Below are positions 27,661-38,099 of a stretch of DNA of 64,000 nt, one piece after another (the stretch's first letter is position 1; every line of letters starts with the position of its first letter). The position numbers and the translations under genes were made by a program. Source of the stretch: Deferribacterales bacterium (lineage in GTDB: Bacteria > Chrysiogenota > Deferribacteres > Deferribacterales > Geovibrionaceae). The notes below the pieces were generated by a model, which made no database searches, was not told the origin of the DNA, and saw only the letters and a list, made by a program, of their open reading frames with translations. The stretch is from contig JBFWMA010000006.1 of the NCBI GenBank assembly GCA_050251875.1, positions 32,001 to 96,000 of the forward strand, read 5' to 3'.

Positions 27661-29626
27661 ATCAATCCCCGTGCTCTGCTACCACAAGGTATCCTACAAT
27701 GACGGTATAACTCCCGACAGATTTGAGGAACATCTCGAATATCTGAAAAACAACGGCTTCACGGCTATTTCGGCCAGACAGCTTGTGGATTTCATGGAGA
27801 ACGGCGCTGACGTGCCGGAAAAACCTGTGGTGCTCACATTTGACGACTGCTTTCTGGACAACTGGGTATACGCCATGCCCATGCTGGAAAAATACGGCTG
27901 GAGAGGCGTATTCTTCTGTATAACGGACTTTACCGGAAAAGGCGACACAAGACCTCAAATGGGCTCTGAAAACCTGCCGGAGATCAAGCCAGCCACCGAG
28001 AGCTATATAGAGGCGATCAGCGGAGACAAGACACAGTTTCTGAACGAAGCCGAGCTGATCGAGGCGCACAAAAAAGGACACGAGATATACAGCCACACCT
28101 GCACCCACATGATGACATTCCGAAATATCAAAAGCCGCGGGGCATATCCCAAGAAATTTCACTGGGGCATGGCGTGGATATACGGCGGAATGCACGAAGG
28201 AGACGTTCTGTATCAGAAAGCCTCCGCATATGCCTTTGACGGCGTGAAGCCCGCCGGAGACAGCTTCAGAGCCAGAACCACAAAAGAGCGCTATGACTTC
28301 TGTCTGGATGAATATAAACGAAGCCGGAAATATCTGGAAGATCTGCTGGGAGTCAACGACCTCGACATGTTCTGCCACCCCTGGGGCGATTTTGACGATG
28401 TGAACACTCAGGCGCTCAGAGACGCCGGATACAAGGCGGCTTTCACTCTGGAGCGTTTCTCCAACTGTGTTGGCGAAGACCCCATGTATATCAACAGGAT
28501 AGGTGTCGGGTTCAAGACAGAGGTGAAATGGCTGAAGAGCAAACTGAGCATATACAGCAATAGATTCACAGCCAGACTCTTTTTCAAGAAATTCACCAAA
28601 AAAGGCGAGATAAACAGAATCCTGTATATCACCGATTCCACAAAATTTTCCAGTGGCGGCATACGCCAGCTGATGTATAACCTCAGAGGACTGTCCGAAA
28701 TGGGCTTCCGCCCTGTTCTGGTCTGCAAAAAAGACTCAGAGATAGCCGAAATGGGGGCAAAATACGCTGATGTCAGATACGCCGACTTCTCTTCCGTGTT
28801 CAGAGCGGCGGATGACGTGAAAAAAGTCATCAGCGAATATAAACCGAACATAATACACACCTATCACAACAAGGCTCACAAAGCCGCCGTGACAGCCAAG
28901 ATAAAATCCGGCACAAAGGCGAAGCTGTTTGTGAACAGAGGCGTTCTGGCAAAACCCGGAAACCTGCTCTATTACATCAATCCGTTCGTAAACGGATTCA
29001 CAGTGAACTCTAAAGAGTGCGCAAAGGTGCTGGCGTCCAGATTCATCAATAAGAAAAAGATAAACCTCATACACAACGGCATCGACACCTCTGTTTTCAA
29101 CCCGAAAGCAGGCACAGGCAAAACCCGTGTGGTCTACATAGGCAACGAGGCTCCGGTGAAGGGATGCGATCTCTTCTATAAGGCGATATCACAGGTGAAA
29201 GACGTTGAGTTCCAGCCTGTGGTTATAGGGCTGGCTGAGGCATGGGAAAAGGACGGTGTTATCTCCACAGGCAAGCTGAGAGACGTTCAGAATGAGCTGT
29301 TCGAGGGAGATATTTTCGTTCTCAGCTCCCGCTCGGAAAGTTTTCCTAACGTTCTGCTGGAGGCTATGGCGTGCGGAATGGCGGCCGTCTGCTTCGATGT
29401 GGGAGCGGTCAGCGAGATAATCGAGGACGGGGTGAACGGATATATAGCGCCTCAGGAGGACACCTCCGCTCTGGCGTCCAGGATAGAATATCTGCTGAAA
29501 AATCCCGAAATAAGATCAACAATGGGCAAAAAAAACCGGCAGGATGTCACCCGCCGGTTCTCATATCATTCTAAGTGCGTTAATCTGCTGAAACTTTACA
29601 GCGGAGAAACATTCAGAAGTTTCTGA
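27644..29626 (+). CDS. Polysaccharide deacetylase - GT4 glycosyltransferase fusion
   Basis: N-half PVLCYH, LTFDDC, SHTCTH, FCHPWG (NodB/CE4); C-half GG, IIHT, IHNGID, KG, ESFPNVLLEAMACG. Confidence 0.88.
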   Translation: MQSKNKSIPVLCYHKVSYNDGITPDRFEEHLEYLKNNGFTAISARQLVDFMENGADVPEKPVVLTFDDCFLDNWVYAMPMLEKYGWRGVFFCITDFTGKGDTRPQMGSENLPEIKPATESYIEAISGDKTQFLNEAELIEAHKKGHEIYSHTCTHMMTFRNIKSRGAYPKKFHWGMAWIYGGMHEGDVLYQKASAYAFDGVKPAGDSFRARTTKERYDFCLDEYKRSRKYLEDLLGVNDLDMFCHPWGDFDDVNTQALRDAGYKAAFTLERFSNCVGEDPMYINRIGVGFKTEVKWLKSKLSIYSNRFTARLFFKKFTKKGEINRILYITDSTKFSSGGIRQLMYNLRGLSEMGFRPVLVCKKDSEIAEMGAKYADVRYADFSSVFRAADDVKKVISEYKPNIIHTYHNKAHKAAVTAKIKSGTKAKLFVNRGVLAKPGNLLYYINPFVNGFTVNSKECAKVLASRFINKKKINLIHNGIDTSVFNPKAGTGKTRVVYIGNEAPVKGCDLFYKAISQVKDVEFQPVVIGLAEAWEKDGVISTGKLRDVQNELFEGDIFVLSSRSESFPNVLLEAMACGMAAVCFDVGAVSEIIEDGVNGYIAPQEDTSALASRIEYLLKNPEIRSTMGKKNRQDVTRRFSYHSKCVNLLKLYSGETFRSF

Positions 29627-30774
29627 GTGTCCTTCACCAGACTGAATCTGCTGCCGCTGCCGTAGTTCAGGTCGATCTTAGCCGCATAGGGCTTTATATA
29701 CTCGGCAAAAGCGGTCTTCTCGCCTTTGGGCAGTTTCAGAGGAGGAGATGTAAATGTCAGAGGGTTCAGAAATTTTGAGCCCTGTTTAATGCGGTAGTCA
29801 AGGTGAGGTCCGGAAGAAATACCTGTAGAACCCACATATCCTATTGTATCGCCCTGAGATACTTTTGAGCCTTTTCTTATCTTAGCGAATTTTGACAGGT
29901 GCAGATAGAGTGTCTCATATCCGTTTGCGTGTCTGATCTTCACATAGTTTCCGTTGAACTGATTGTATTCTCTGTTCAGAACAACTCCTGACGCTGTGGC
30001 GTGTATGGGTGTACCCACCGGGGCGGCATAGTCAACGCCGTGGTGAGGCAGATATTTGTTAAGAACTGGATGCAGGCGTCTGCCTGTGTATGTGGATGAT
30101 ATTCTGGAATATTTCAGGGGTGCTTTCAGGAATCCTCTTTTCAGAGATGTCCCGTCCGGTCTGAAATATCCCTTTGTGGTGTCGGATTCATAATACAGAC
30201 CTCTGATGAGTTTTCCCTGATTTATGAAATCGGCGGCAAGAATTTTTCCGTAGCCGATGAATTTGTCTTTTGCGAATTTCTTCTCAACCAGCATGGTGAA
30301 TGAGTCGCCCTTGCGCAGAGCGTGGAAGAAATCTATCTCCCATTCGTATATATCCGCCAGAATGAAAGCCAGTTCAGTGTTCTCTCCGGAAGAGGTCACT
30401 GCCTCCACCAGACTGGAATTAATAACGCCGGACACCACAGATGTGATGGTGTATACCGGATGCTTAGTCACCTTCAGATTGTAGGCATCGTCCCCCAGCA
30501 GATTGATGGAAATATCAGTCAGACTGTTGGGCGAAAGAGTGACGGAAGCGGGAGATATTTTAACCACTGTCCCGATCCTCAGAGTAAAATCCGGAAGAGC
30601 TTTTTTAAGATCTTTTTCCAGATTGATTATTTTGGGAGCCGACAGCTTGTCTGAAAAAATAGAGAAAAGGCTTTCACCCGTCTGAACCTTATAGACCTCA
30701 GCATTGGCAAAAGCGGACGCGAATGAAAACAAAAGTATGATAACAAATATAAAAAGTTTAGGCGCCTGCTGCAT
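29596..30774 (-). CDS. M23-family peptidoglycan DD-endopeptidase (MepM-like)
   Basis: RLHPV, HHGVDYAA, YLHLS, GYVGSTG.SSGPHLDY; start at the ATG behind AGGAGG. Confidence 0.9.
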   Translation of the reverse strand: MQQAPKLFIFVIILLFSFASAFANAEVYKVQTGESLFSIFSDKLSAPKIINLEKDLKKALPDFTLRIGTVVKISPASVTLSPNSLTDISINLLGDDAYNLKVTKHPVYTITSVVSGVINSSLVEAVTSSGENTELAFILADIYEWEIDFFHALRKGDSFTMLVEKKFAKDKFIGYGKILAADFINQGKLIRGLYYESDTTKGYFRPDGTSLKRGFLKAPLKYSRISSTYTGRRLHPVLNKYLPHHGVDYAAPVGTPIHATASGVVLNREYNQFNGNYVKIRHANGYETLYLHLSKFAKIRKGSKVSQGDTIGYVGSTGISSGPHLDYRIKQGSKFLNPLTFTSPPLKLPKGEKTAFAEYIKPYAAKIDLNYGSGSRFSLVKDTQKLLNVSPL

Positions 30775-31375
30775 TCTTCCTCCTCTTTCTGTACCAGAGG
30801 GTATATCCCCCCACCACAACCGCAAGTAAACACATAGTTATTATAGTAATCGGCCTTAAATTCGATTTAATTAGTTCAATATTATTACCAACGACATATC
30901 CCATGACAGCCAGAACAACCACCCATATGCCGGCGCCGAACGAGGTGTAGAACACGAATTTTCCCATGTTCATCCCGGCAAGCCCGGCGGGAAAAGAGAT
31001 ATATTGCCTCACAACTGGAATCAGCCTTCCGGCGAAGGTGGTTATCTCTCCGTGGACGCTGAAATATTTTTCCATCTTATCAAGTTTTTCCGGAGGCAGC
31101 AGAAAGAATCTGCCGTATTTCAGCAGAAGTCCCCTGCCCATGTAGACAGCCAGAGCATAGTTAACCAGAGCGCCGATCACAGATCCCGCTATGCCGCTTA
31201 TCACCACAAGATAGATGTTCATCTGACCCTGAGCCGCCAGATATCCGGCGGGAGGCACAACGACCTCGCTGGGAAACGGAACGAAAGAGCTCTCCAGAGC
31301 CATCAGGATAACTATCCCCGCATATCCCATTCCGTCCACGCTGTGCAGGATGAACTGCACAAATGAATCAAGCAT
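30758..31375 (-). CDS. DedA family membrane protein
   Basis: LESSFVPFPSE, GRLIPVVR, PAG..M...F. Confidence 0.9.
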   Translation of the reverse strand: MLDSFVQFILHSVDGMGYAGIVILMALESSFVPFPSEVVVPPAGYLAAQGQMNIYLVVISGIAGSVIGALVNYALAVYMGRGLLLKYGRFFLLPPEKLDKMEKYFSVHGEITTFAGRLIPVVRQYISFPAGLAGMNMGKFVFYTSFGAGIWVVVLAVMGYVVGNNIELIKSNLRPITIITMCLLAVVVGGYTLWYRKRRKNAAGA

Positions 31376-33020
31376 TCAGCATATCCTCTGTCATCTCCAT
31401 CGCCTGTCTGAGAGCGGATTCCGTGGCGCTTCCGGCTATCATGCCCGCCAGAACCTCCATCCGCCTGCTCTCCTCTATTTCAGAAATCTCAGTTTTCGCT
31501 ATCTCATTATCCAGAGACTTTGTAATGTGAAAGTGTTTCACTCCGGCGCACGCCACAACGGGCAGGTGGGTTATCACGATAACCTGTCTGGACTGCGCCA
31601 CCCGTTTCAGCTTCACAGCCACCTGTCTGGCGGTCTTTCCGCTGATTCCGGTGTCTATCTCGTCAAAAACCAGAGTATGCACTCTGTCTCTGGAGGCGAA
31701 CACCTCTTTCATCGCCAGCATCACACGGGATATCTCTCCGCCGGACGCCACTTTCTGGATAGGTCCCGGCTCAAAACCGGGGTTGGTGCTGATATAAAAC
31801 TCCGCTCGGATACCGGCGGACGCATCTATATCGCCTGTTTCTTCAAACACCACCTTAAAGACAGAGTTCTTGAGCTCAAGTTCACTCAGTCCGGCGATTA
31901 TTTTATCTTCTATAAAATTTGCTGTTTTTCTTCTCTCGGTGTTCAGGATATCGGCTTTTTTAAGAGCTTCGTTCTTCAGCTTTTCCAGCTCTTTTTCCAA
32001 AGCGTCCAGATTGCCCGATCCTGTCTCCATGTCGTCCAGCTTCGCTCTGATCTCCGCACCGTAAGCCGCCACGGAAGCCAGATCCCCGCCGTATTTCTTT
32101 ATCAGGTTGTTCAGCTTATATTTTCTGTCGATGAGCCTGTTCAACTCGTCCGGGTCCATCTCGCTGCCGTCCGCCACAGACTCGATATTCGCCATGGTGT
32201 CGTTCAGCGTATATGTCATCTCAGCCAGAGCGTCCGCCGCCTTCGACAGAACCTCGCTGTATGATGATATGCTGTTCAGGGCTGACGCCGCCGAGGTAAT
32301 GAGCTCATAGGCGTTCACCTCGCCGTCACGCAGGAGCCCCAGCGCCCGTGAGGAGTTATCCAGTATCTTTTCCATGTTGGACATGACGTTGATCCGGTCT
32401 TCGATGCGGATGTCCTCGTCTATGTCTATGCGCAGGGATTCTATCTCGGAGAGCTGGAATTCCAGCATATCTTTCTCCCGCATAACCTGCGCCCTGTCTT
32501 TCTTTATGGATTCTATGCGGTTCACCATCGCTCTGTAGGCTTCGTATGATGCCGCATAGCCGTTTTTAGTATTGTCTGATATCAGAGAATCCACGAATGT
32601 GATGTGTGTGGCGCTGTCCAAGAGCATCTGGTGTTCGTGCTGTCCGTGGATATCGCAGAAGCTGTTTGTCAGTTCCTTCAGCTGTTCCACGGTCGCCATG
32701 CGCCCGTTCACGAATATTCTGTTTTTTCCGGTTTTGTCTATCTCACGGCGGATGATGATGCCGTCAGATGTTTCGAACTGCTCAGCCAGATCGTCCGATA
32801 TGCCGTCCACAGCGGAGAACTCCGCCTCGACAACAATTTTTTTCTCCGGATCTCTGAACAGTGTGCGGTTGAATCTGGCGCCGAGAACGAGATTAAGAGC
32901 GCCGATGAAAACAGATTTTCCGGCTCCGGTCTCGCCGGTGATGATATTAAGCCCGTCAGCGAACTCAACGGAAACGCTCTCTATGACAGAAAGGTTTTCC
33001 ACACGGAGCATGCTCAGCAC
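31368..33020 (-). CDS. recN: DNA repair protein RecN
   Basis: ITGETGAGKS, DIHGQHEHQ, coiled coil, ASGGEISR, FDEIDTGISG, ITHLP. Confidence 0.95.
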   Translation of the reverse strand: MLSMLRVENLSVIESVSVEFADGLNIITGETGAGKSVFIGALNLVLGARFNRTLFRDPEKKIVVEAEFSAVDGISDDLAEQFETSDGIIIRREIDKTGKNRIFVNGRMATVEQLKELTNSFCDIHGQHEHQMLLDSATHITFVDSLISDNTKNGYAASYEAYRAMVNRIESIKKDRAQVMREKDMLEFQLSEIESLRIDIDEDIRIEDRINVMSNMEKILDNSSRALGLLRDGEVNAYELITSAASALNSISSYSEVLSKAADALAEMTYTLNDTMANIESVADGSEMDPDELNRLIDRKYKLNNLIKKYGGDLASVAAYGAEIRAKLDDMETGSGNLDALEKELEKLKNEALKKADILNTERRKTANFIEDKIIAGLSELELKNSVFKVVFEETGDIDASAGIRAEFYISTNPGFEPGPIQKVASGGEISRVMLAMKEVFASRDRVHTLVFDEIDTGISGKTARQVAVKLKRVAQSRQVIVITHLPVVACAGVKHFHITKSLDNEIAKTEISEIEESRRMEVLAGMIAGSATESALRQAMEMTEDMLNA

Positions 33021-33874
33021 TGAACACCGCCCCAGCCGAGTTTTTCCCTGATGAGGGCATAGTAATTTTTGTCCTTAGGCACGATGAGCTGAGTGCAGTT
33101 GCTCGCTTTTTTCACCGTGATGGTCTTTTCGGTATCCAGCTGGTGAAAGATCTGCCCGTCATAGGTTATGGACACCCTTTCGCCGTCTGTGTTGATTCTG
33201 ATCTCAATTTCGCTGTCATCGGAGATGACTATCGGTCTGTTGGAAAGCCCCTGCGGGCAGATGGGAGTGATTATCATGCTTTCGAGGCTGGGGTGGACTA
33301 TGGGACCGCCCGCCGCCAGGCTGTATGCGGTGGAGCCTGTGGGTGTCGCCACGATCAGACCGTCCGCTCTGTATTCGTTCACCAGAACACCGTTGATGTA
33401 GAGAGACATCTCTATGATACGGGCAACGTCCGCCTTGTTGATAACGAGGTCGTTCAGAACGTCTATCTCCAGAACCTTTTCGTCATCTTCCAGCAGATGG
33501 GAGTGGAGCTTCATCCTGCGCTCCATGCGGTAATCGCCGTCCAGAACGGATTTGATGGCAGCCACAGCGTCAGACGCTCTGGTCTCTGTCAGAAAGCCCA
33601 GCCTGCCCAGGTTGATCCCCAGAATAGGCGTCTCTTTCTTGCCCAGAATACGCACAGCGGATATGAGAGTGCCGTCACCGCCCAGAACGATTATCAGGTC
33701 GGCCTTCTCTTTTATCTCTTCATCGGTGTTATATATATCAGAACCCAGAGCCTCGGCGGTGCGTTTCTCTCTCAGGATCACCTTTCCGTGAGCCTCGAGA
33801 AAAGCGGTTATCTCCTCCAGAAGAGGACGAACCCTGTCACCGTGGGGCTTGGCAACTATAGCTATATTCTTCAT
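33014..33874 (-). CDS. nadK: NAD kinase
   Basis: LGGDGT, GINLGRLGFL, ADGLIVATPTGSTAYSLAAGGP. Confidence 0.95.
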   Translation of the reverse strand: MKNIAIVAKPHGDRVRPLLEEITAFLEAHGKVILREKRTAEALGSDIYNTDEEIKEKADLIIVLGGDGTLISAVRILGKKETPILGINLGRLGFLTETRASDAVAAIKSVLDGDYRMERRMKLHSHLLEDDEKVLEIDVLNDLVINKADVARIIEMSLYINGVLVNEYRADGLIVATPTGSTAYSLAAGGPIVHPSLESMIITPICPQGLSNRPIVISDDSEIEIRINTDGERVSITYDGQIFHQLDTEKTITVKKASNCTQLIVPKDKNYYALIREKLGWGGVQC

Positions 33875-34661
33875 TAACCACCCTGCTGATGATATTTTCT
33901 ATTTTATCATCAAAGACTACGTCATTGTATACAAAATACACGAGATATTCAATATTTCCTTTTGCGCCTTTGATAGGCGACATGCAGAGCCCACGCAGTG
34001 AAAAACCGCTCTCGCCGCCGTATCCTATGACCTCACGGATCACACGCTCATGCACGCTCCTGTCCGTCACTATGCCGCCCCTGCCCACTTCCTGTTTCAT
34101 CGCCTCGAACTGGGGCTTGATGAGAAACACCGCCTCCGATCCATCTCGTGCAAACTGTCTGCACGCGGGGATTATCATTTTCAGTGATATAAACGACACA
34201 TCGCACACGAAAATGTCCGAGTGAGAGCCGATTACGCTGAAATCCACCGTGCGGAAGTTGGTATTGTCCAGAACGGTCACCCGTTCGTCACGGGATAACC
34301 TCGGGTCGAGCTGTCCACGCCCGGTGTCCACGGCGAAAACCCTGGACGCTCCGTTTGTCAGAGCGACATCGGTAAACCCTCCGGTGGAGGCGCCTATATC
34401 GATTACGGTTTTGTTTTGAAAATTAATGTGGAATTCGCTGACAGCCTTTTCCAGCTTCAGCCCGCCCCGGCTGGCGTATTTGTTATGCGACTTCAGCCGT
34501 ATCACGGCATCCGAAGACACCATATCGCCCGCCTTGTCCACCCTGTGGTCGTCCGCCACAACCAGCCCCGCCATGATGAAGCGTCTCGCCTCGTCTATGT
34601 CGCCGACCAGTTCCAGAGAAACCAGCAGACTGTCAATGCGCTCTTTTTTCGGTGAAGCCAT
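33837..34661 (-). CDS. tlyA: TlyA family rRNA methyltransferase
   Basis: S4 domain, SRGGLKL, DIGASTGGFTD, DVSFISL, LIKPQFE, GNIEY. Confidence 0.93.
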   Translation of the reverse strand: MASPKKERIDSLLVSLELVGDIDEARRFIMAGLVVADDHRVDKAGDMVSSDAVIRLKSHNKYASRGGLKLEKAVSEFHINFQNKTVIDIGASTGGFTDVALTNGASRVFAVDTGRGQLDPRLSRDERVTVLDNTNFRTVDFSVIGSHSDIFVCDVSFISLKMIIPACRQFARDGSEAVFLIKPQFEAMKQEVGRGGIVTDRSVHERVIREVIGYGGESGFSLRGLCMSPIKGAKGNIEYLVYFVYNDVVFDDKIENIISRVVNEEYSYSCQAPR

Positions 34662-36520
34662 CAGGACAGTTTCTGAAAAATTGACCCGGCTATGCTCTCT
34701 GAGTCCAGACCTATCAGTTTTCTGAGCTCTTTTACATCGCCGTGTTCTATGAATCTATCGGGAAGCCCGAATTTTATTATTTTAGCGCAGACGCCGTGTT
34801 CCATCAGTATGGAGGATATCTCCTCTCCGGCTCCGCCTTTTATACTTCCCTCTTCCACAGTGACAACCAGTCTGGCGCCTTTGGCGGCTTCGGCTATCAT
34901 GTTATCGTTCAGAGGTTTTAAGAAGCGCATATTCACCAGAGTGACATTGAGTCCCGCTTCTATCAGTTTTTTATACGCCTTGTAAGATTCCTCGAAAATA
35001 TGCCCGGCGGAGAACATAACCACGTCCTTTCCGCCGCCTATCAGCTCCGGCTCGCCCATCACCACCGGCTGTTCAGCCAGCTCCGGATAGTCTCCCGCCT
35101 CGCCTCTGGCATATCTCACGGCGCAAGGAGTCGTCATTCCTTCCGCCAGCTTAAGCATCTGCACCAGCTCATATCCGTCTTTGGGCAGCATCACCGCCAT
35201 GTTGGGGATACAGCGCAGATACGACATATCGAATGAGCCGTGGTGCGTGGGTCCGTCCGCTCCCACCAGCCCGCCTCTGTCCAGACAAAGGACAACGGGA
35301 AGGTTCTGAAGAGCGACATCATGTATTATCTGGTCGTAAGCTCTCTGCATGAATGTGGAGTAAACAGCCACGAAAGGTTTTATCCCGCTGATCGCCATTC
35401 CGGCGGCGAATGTGACTGCGTGCTGTTCGGCAATCCCAACGTCAAAAACTCTGTCGGGAAATTTCTCCTCCATCTGGTTGAGCCCTGTGCCGTCTTTCAT
35501 AGCGGCGCTCACCGCCACTATCCGGCTGTTGTTCTCAGCCATCTCGGCGAGGGTTTCGCCGAAAATATCCGTGTATGACTTTTTGCCCGGCAGTTTCACG
35601 GATTTTCCGGTGGCGATGTCGAATGACGCCACACCGTGAAATTTTGAAGGATCCTGCTCGGCAGGCTCATATCCTTTGCCTTTTTTAGTCATCACATGCA
35701 CCAGAACGGGTCCGTCCACATTGTGGGCGTTTTCCAGCGCCTTAACCACGTCTTTTATCCTGTTGCCCTGAACAGGACCGATATATCTGAGCCCCAGCTC
35801 CTCGAAAAGGATGCCGGGAGTAAAAAATCCCACCATTCCCTCTTCCATCTTTTTAGCGAGGGAGAGTATTTTGTTTCCAAGAGGTTTTTCAGACAGATAT
35901 GTCTGAACGTCTTTTCTGACACGGGTATAGAATTTGCCTGCCATCATGTTGGAAAGATAGTGCGAAAAACCGCCCACGTTCGGGCTGATGGACATTTCGT
36001 TGTCGTTCAGGACGACTATCATGTCCTTGTCCAGATGTCCGAGATTGTTTAATCCCTCAAAGGCCATTCCTGCGGACATGGCGCCGTCACCTATAACAGC
36101 CACCACCTTGCGTTTGCGCCCGATGATGTCATCTGCCACACGGATGCCCAGTCCGGCTGATATGGATGTGCTGGTGTGTCCCACGCCGAATGCGTCAAAG
36201 GGTGATTCGGCGGGTTTGTTGAACCCTGATATCCCCTTGAACTGTCTCAGTGTGCAGAACCTGTCTTTTCTGTCGGTGAGTATCTTATAGGCGTATGACT
36301 GGTGTCCCACATCCCAGACTATGCGGTCGAATTCCGGGCGGAAAACCTTCAGCAGCCCGATAGTCAGCTCCACCACACCCAGACTGGGGGCGAGGTGACC
36401 GCCTGTTTTCGAGCAGGTTTCTATTATTCTCTGTCTGGTTTCCTGCGCCAGAGTCTCCAGACTCTCATAGGTCAGGTCTTTTATATCGTCAGGGAGTTTC
36501 AGTCCATCCAAAAAGCTCAT
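34661..36520 (-). CDS. dxs: 1-deoxy-D-xylulose-5-phosphate synthase
   Basis: GGHL, WDVGHQ, IGDGA, LNDN, DVGIAEQH, DGPTHHG. Confidence 0.97.
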   Translation of the reverse strand: MSFLDGLKLPDDIKDLTYESLETLAQETRQRIIETCSKTGGHLAPSLGVVELTIGLLKVFRPEFDRIVWDVGHQSYAYKILTDRKDRFCTLRQFKGISGFNKPAESPFDAFGVGHTSTSISAGLGIRVADDIIGRKRKVVAVIGDGAMSAGMAFEGLNNLGHLDKDMIVVLNDNEMSISPNVGGFSHYLSNMMAGKFYTRVRKDVQTYLSEKPLGNKILSLAKKMEEGMVGFFTPGILFEELGLRYIGPVQGNRIKDVVKALENAHNVDGPVLVHVMTKKGKGYEPAEQDPSKFHGVASFDIATGKSVKLPGKKSYTDIFGETLAEMAENNSRIVAVSAAMKDGTGLNQMEEKFPDRVFDVGIAEQHAVTFAAGMAISGIKPFVAVYSTFMQRAYDQIIHDVALQNLPVVLCLDRGGLVGADGPTHHGSFDMSYLRCIPNMAVMLPKDGYELVQMLKLAEGMTTPCAVRYARGEAGDYPELAEQPVVMGEPELIGGGKDVVMFSAGHIFEESYKAYKKLIEAGLNVTLVNMRFLKPLNDNMIAEAAKGARLVVTVEEGSIKGGAGEEISSILMEHGVCAKIIKFGLPDRFIEHGDVKELRKLIGLDSESIAGSIFQKLS

Positions 36521-36524
36521 ATTA

Positions 36525-37424
36525 TTAATTCTTTCTCTCTATTATAAACTTAGCAATCTCTCTGCACGGGTCGGCAGTGCTGCCGTATACGGAGATGATC
36601 TCCATCGCCTCTTCTATCAGCAGTTCCGCCTTGCGGTGTGAGTCCTCTATGCCGTGAACAGCGGGATATGTCGCCTTGCCGTTGGCGGCGTCACTTCCCA
36701 CATCCTTGCCAAGCTCCTCCGTGGTGGAGGTGATGTCCAGTATATCGTCAACTATCTGAAACGCAAGCCCTATGCGCATTCCGTATTCATACAGCCGTTT
36801 TTTGTCATCTTCTGTGCCGTAACCGAGAATAGCCCCCAGCTCACAGCAGTATGCCAGCAGGCGGGATGTCTTGTTGGTGTGGATATAGTCCACTGTCTGG
36901 GCGTTGAAAACGCCTGACTCCGCCTCCATATCGGCGAACTGTCCGCCCACCATGCCCCTGTCGCCAGTAGCGTCAGCCAGCTTATAAGCCGCCTCCAGCA
37001 TCAGAGCGGCGTCAACATCGGGATTTATGTCTCTGTTGCACATAACCTCAAAAGCCTTAGTCAGAAGCCCGTCTCCCGCCAGAATGGCTGTTGCCTCGCC
37101 ATATACCTTGTGGTTGGTGGGCTTGCCCCTGCGGTAGTCGTCATCGTCCATAGCGGGCAGGTCGTCGTGTATCAGGGAATATGTATGGAGCATCTCCACA
37201 GCGGCGGCAAAAGGAGTAACCTTGTCGAAATAGCCCTCGAATACGCCGTATGAGGAATAGATCAGCGCCGGACGGATGCGTTTTCCTCCGGCGAACAGGC
37301 TGTATCTCATGGAGTCTGTCAGTCCCTTAGCGTGGGGATCGGAACAGGTCATGTAGCTCTCAAAAAATTCCTCAACCTTCGCACCCCAGAAACCGAGGTA
37401 GCTTTTCATATTAAACTGGCTCAT
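36525..37424 (-). CDS. ispA: Farnesyl-diphosphate synthase / polyprenyl synthetase
   Basis: GGKRIRP, SLIHDDLPAMDDDDYRRG, FQIVDDILD. Confidence 0.93.
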   Translation of the reverse strand: MSQFNMKSYLGFWGAKVEEFFESYMTCSDPHAKGLTDSMRYSLFAGGKRIRPALIYSSYGVFEGYFDKVTPFAAAVEMLHTYSLIHDDLPAMDDDDYRRGKPTNHKVYGEATAILAGDGLLTKAFEVMCNRDINPDVDAALMLEAAYKLADATGDRGMVGGQFADMEAESGVFNAQTVDYIHTNKTSRLLAYCCELGAILGYGTEDDKKRLYEYGMRIGLAFQIVDDILDITSTTEELGKDVGSDAANGKATYPAVHGIEDSHRKAELLIEEAMEIISVYGSTADPCREIAKFIIERKN

Positions 37425-37635
37425 CGAATGGCTCCGTTTTTACATCGTCACCGTCCGCGGAAAGCACACGGCTGACCTTTTGCTCTATTTCGTCCAGCAT
37501 CCTGCGGCAGTCTTTGCCCAGTTTCATGCCTTCCTGAAACAGTCTGAGATTCTCTTCTATGTCGAGATCGCCGTTTTCCAGCTTCTCCACTATCGTTTCC
37601 AGCTTTTTCAGCTTGTCTTCGAATTTTTCGCTCAT
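37411..37635 (-). CDS. xseB: Exodeoxyribonuclease VII small subunit
   Basis: FE..LE.IV..LE.G...EGM.L...C; xseB-ispA-dxs synteny. Confidence 0.92.
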   Translation of the reverse strand: MSEKFEDKLKKLETIVEKLENGDLDIEENLRLFQEGMKLGKDCRRMLDEIEQKVSRVLSADGDDVKTEPFDEPV

Positions 37636-38087
37636 TTCAGCCCGCACAGAACTTTTTCCACATGTCCGTTCACTTTGACATTGCGGTATATCTTTTCAAT
37701 CACCGAGTCTTTGTCTATGACAAATGTGGAGCGGATGATTCCCATGGTTGTTTTGCCGTACATTTTCTTTTCGCCGTAAGCGCCGTAAGCGGTCGCCACG
37801 GCTCTGTCCGGGTCGGACAGCAGGATGAGACCGATGGGCTGTTTCACTTTAAAATTCTGGTGGCTCTTAACGCTGTCGGGGCTGACGCCCACAACGACAG
37901 TATCTTTGCCGCCGAACTGCTCTTTCATGTCGGTGAACTCGATGCCCTCACGGGTGCATCCGGATGTGTTGTCTTTCGGGTAGAAATAAAGAACAAGGCG
38001 TTTGCCTTTAAATGATTCGAGTGTATATGTTTTACCGTCATCAGCCTCAAGGCTGAACGCCGGCGCTTTCGCTCCTTCTTCTAACAT
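37632..38087 (-). CDS. bcp: Peroxiredoxin Bcp
   Basis: LYFYPKDNTSGCT, GVSPD, LLSD, RSTFVID. Confidence 0.92.
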   Translation of the reverse strand: MLEEGAKAPAFSLEADDGKTYTLESFKGKRLVLYFYPKDNTSGCTREGIEFTDMKEQFGGKDTVVVGVSPDSVKSHQNFKVKQPIGLILLSDPDRAVATAYGAYGEKKMYGKTTMGIIRSTFVIDKDSVIEKIYRNVKVNGHVEKVLCGLK

Positions 38088-38099
38088 GGATCACCTCTG

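Noticed and set aside
29596..29626. 31-bp convergent overlap of the deacetylase-GT4 and M23 genes
   Set aside because: Short tail-to-tail overlaps are common in compact genomes; both proteins look complete.
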